The position numbers and the translations under genes were made by a program. Source: Eledone cirrhosa (taxonomy: Eukaryota). From it: a DNA stretch of 64,000 bases. The stretch covers positions 32,364,001 through 32,428,000 of the forward strand of contig OZ024754.1 of NCBI GenBank assembly GCA_964016885.1. Direction: 5' to 3'. The notes under the pieces are model-generated. The model was given only the letters and a program-made list of their open reading frames with translations. It made no database searches and was not told the DNA's origin. Positions 61,963 through 64,000 of the stretch are shown here, one piece after another; position 1 is the stretch's first letter, and each line of letters starts with the position of its first letter.

Positions 61963-62410
61963 GCGGAGACATGGAAATACTTGGTTTAGTGCCCGAGTGC
62001 GCGGTAAGCTCACTAGGGGTGAGAGAGCTCTAGTTCTTTTTAGGACATAATTCTCGGAGAAAGAAAAAACTCTAATGTAAAACCTGTGACTCAATGGCAG
62101 CCAATAATTGTTTCTACTTTAGGCACAAGGCCAGCAATTACCCAGTGCATTACTGGTACTTTATTTTATCGACTCCGTAAGGATGAAAGGCAAAGTCAAC
62201 CTCGGCGGGATTTTGAACTGAGATCGTAAAGGGAGGTAACTATGCTGGAAAGCATGGCGTCCGACCCTCTACCGATACTGCCAATCCACCGCATAATGTT
62301 AACCTCTTCTTCCTTTTGGATACCTGTCACCCTTGTTTAGAGAATCGGATTGCTTCAGTGCAAGGCCTTCACTTAAACAGCTTTAAATACAGGCATTACT
62401 TGATCTAAAC
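61963..62410 (+). mobile_element. Diverged RTE-like retroposon (family C) interrupted by a minus-strand OR-like SINE at 62106-62292
   Basis: GGAGACATGGAAATA start shared with 61406; SINE consensus. Confidence 0.65.
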
Positions 62411-63064
62411 GTAGATGATTTCAAATACGAAAGCAAATAATTATAGGTGAAGAAGTTGTACTGCTCAAAGATACGGGATTTTTTACGTACTACAAGGCTA
62501 CATACAATTTTATAGAAAAGTATGAAACCCTACTATATATATGTATATATATATACATACTATTGTACGTCTGTATACATATTTTATGTACGTATACATA
62601 CATATATGTATGTATACGTATACATACTTTAGGCCAATAAGCCTGTTCATGACTGGCAAGCGAGAGTAGAGGAAATGAGTGGTCGTCTGCTTTTGAATTA
62701 AGTAGCAAATTGACTTTCTCCAAGTTCGACAGATCGAATCTGACGATACGATCAAAAAGATGGCGAAAAGTCACTTTCTTAGTCCGAGTCGTAAATGATT
62801 AAATGATCTGACGCTTATCGCCGCCATTTTAGACACGGTTATTAAAGTAACTTGTGCTGATTCTCAATTGATACCAATTGATTTATTGCATGACTGTTAC
62901 CGATCTGGACACACACACACAAAAAAAAAGAAGCAAAAAAGAAGAAAAGGAAAAAAAAGAAGAAAAAGAAATAAAAAACAAGGAAAAAATCAGCCAAATA
63001 AACAAACAAAAAGCAAACAAGTTTTGTCATCGATTAAGCAATTACGCCCCTTCCTCCTCCCCCC

Positions 63065-63377
63065 TCCTCCCCTTCTTCTTCTTCTTCTTCTTCTTCTTCT
63101 TCTTCTTCTTCTTCTTCTTCTTCTTCTTCTTCTTCTTCTTCTTCTTCTTCTTCTTCTTCTATCCATATGACCCTCAGCCAACACTGCCACCATGAACACA
63201 ACCACAGCGACCACTACGACGACGACGACGACGACCACCATCACCACCACCACGACCATCTTCACCATCGCCACCACCACCACCATCGCCGCCACCGCCG
63301 CCGCCACCACCAACTCCACCACCACCACCACCACCACCACCACCACCACCTCCACCACCACCACCACCACCACCACC

Positions 63378-63409
<32 letters not shown>

Positions 63410-63551
63410 CTCCACCACCACCACCACCACCACGGCCACCACTACCACGGCCACCACCACCACCACCACCACCAACAACTCAACCACCACCAACACCACC
63501 ACCACCACCACCATCAACACCACCACCACCAGCACCAATTCCACCACGGCC

Positions 63552-63583
<32 letters not shown>

Positions 63584-63775
63584 CAACTCCACCACCACCA
63601 CCACCACCACGGCCACCACTACCACGGCCACCACCACCACCACCACCACCAACAACTCAACCACCACCAACACCACCACCACCACCACCATCAACACCAC
63701 CACCACCAGCACCAATTCCACCACGGCCACCACCACCACCACCACCACCACCACCACCACCACCACCACCACTAT
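63065..63775. repeat. (CTT)n followed by (ACC/AAC)n with an internal duplication
   Basis: Seen directly. Confidence 0.9.
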
Positions 63776-64000
63776 TTATCACTTTTCATCCATTCTCTTA
63801 TTCTCTCTTCCGCCTGTCTATCTGGAGAGGGAGAGAAAAGCAGAGTAGAAAATGTTTGATTGAAAGGTTGGATGTCTAGTGTTTCACTGACCATCACCAT
63901 CACCACCACTTATACCACCACTTATACCACCACCACCACCACCACCACCACCACCACCACCACCACCACCACCACTACTACCTCCACCACCACCTCCACC

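Noticed and set aside
62628-62650. CHMP5-like N-terminus (MNRLIGL vs MNRLFG)
   Set aside because: Match too short and no further matching exons found, so no gene symbol assigned.

Overview
Eukaryotic, gene-poor and extremely microsatellite-rich DNA. The SINE families and repeat style point to an octopod cephalopod (inference). No host protein-coding gene can be identified with confidence, and almost all listed ORFs are translations of simple repeats. The unique-looking islands between microsatellites are mostly retroelement remnants, and each class sits in its own repeat type. Five Tx1/L1-clade LINE 3' fragments lie in (TCTA)n/(TC)n. Two R4/Dong-type RLE-endonuclease fragments and five non-coding RTE-like retroposons lie in (TACA)n. 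More than 15 tRNA-derived OR-like SINEs occur, several with ATTAT-anchored target-site duplications. There is also an RTE ORF fragment and two probable solo LTRs. The most striking unannotated signal is about 12 hammerhead-ribozyme-like motifs from roughly 9 unrelated sequence families, in short (TA)n-flanked islands with Penelope-like pLTR architecture. One example is a 284-bp near-perfect palindrome carrying a U3-A8 variant hammerhead in each arm, and its only arm mismatch destroys one cleavage triplet. Several minisatellites (67, 79 and 37 bp) arose from inside SINEs. All structure calls were folded by eye and need computational and biochemical confirmation.
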